A stretch of 64,000 bases of DNA from Mobula birostris (Eukaryota). The notes below the pieces were generated by a model. It did not search any database. It had not been told where the DNA came from and worked only from the letters and a program-made list of their open reading frames with translations. The position numbers and the translations under genes were made by a program. Positions 63,521 through 64,000 of this stretch are shown here, piece by piece. The stretch spans positions 25,063,649 to 25,127,648 of the forward strand of contig NC_092398.1 of assembly GCF_030028105.1 (NCBI RefSeq), given 5' to 3'. Within the stretch, counting starts at the first letter, position 1; each line of letters begins with the position of its first letter.

Positions 63521-64000
63521 AAATTAAATTTCAGGACATGCAACCTTTCAAATCCTGACTTAGTCTGAGGTCTTACCAACATCTGTCTCAACAATCTCTC
63601 CGCTAACTGTTCTGGCACTCTAGTTCCCATCCCCCTGCAACTCTAGTTTAAACCCCACCCTGAAGCACTAGTAAACCTTCCCACTAGGATATTAGTCCCC
63701 TTCCCTTTCAGGGGTAAACCATCTCTTCTGCACAGATTCCACCTTCCCCTCTCTCCCATCTCAGTCACTAAAGCTTGTAACTCCTCCAGAGTTGTCATAG
63801 ATCTCTTGGTGGCCTCCCTCACTCGTCCCCTTCTTGCATGGTCATCCAAAAATCTTATGTGCTTCCTCCTACATCAACTCATTAGCCACGTGTTAAGCTG
63901 TATAAACTTCCTATTCACCCCTTTTATTATGACACACCAAATCATCACTGGTGCAGCCAATTAGTCTTAGAAGTCACGTAATTTGTTTTCTGTTTTTGAA

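Overview
Repeat-dense vertebrate genomic DNA. The mix of CR1, Rex1/Babar, Penelope, L1, RTE, Tc1, hAT and Gypsy relics suggests a cartilaginous fish, probably a ray (inference). No prokaryotic features are present. Almost every ORF in the supplied track is a transposon relic or a tandem-repeat artefact. The clear host gene is a spliced minus-strand MHC class II-type ALPHA chain. Its exons are alpha1 (40949-40677), alpha2 Ig-C1 (38940-38659) and connecting peptide/TM (35651-35540), followed by two small 3' exons (35024-34994 and 34706-~34585). All coding junctions are canonical phase-1 GT-AG. The alpha2 domain carries beta2-microglobulin-like residues (Y10-like, no C-strand Trp, DW[T/S]F Trp), the signature of the W-category (WA) MHC lineage. 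This copy has oddities: Gly-to-Arg in the TM pairing motif, a stop codon that may cut off an encoded tail, and no recognisable leader exon or beta-chain partner in the window. Other points of interest are an orphan kappaB+S-X-Y-like module at ~26 kb, an unidentified two-exon 3' gene end at ~50 kb, a possible decayed Ig-C2 exon at ~5.6 kb, and several nested TE insertions with target-site duplications (TSDs). All calls were made by eye, without database searches.
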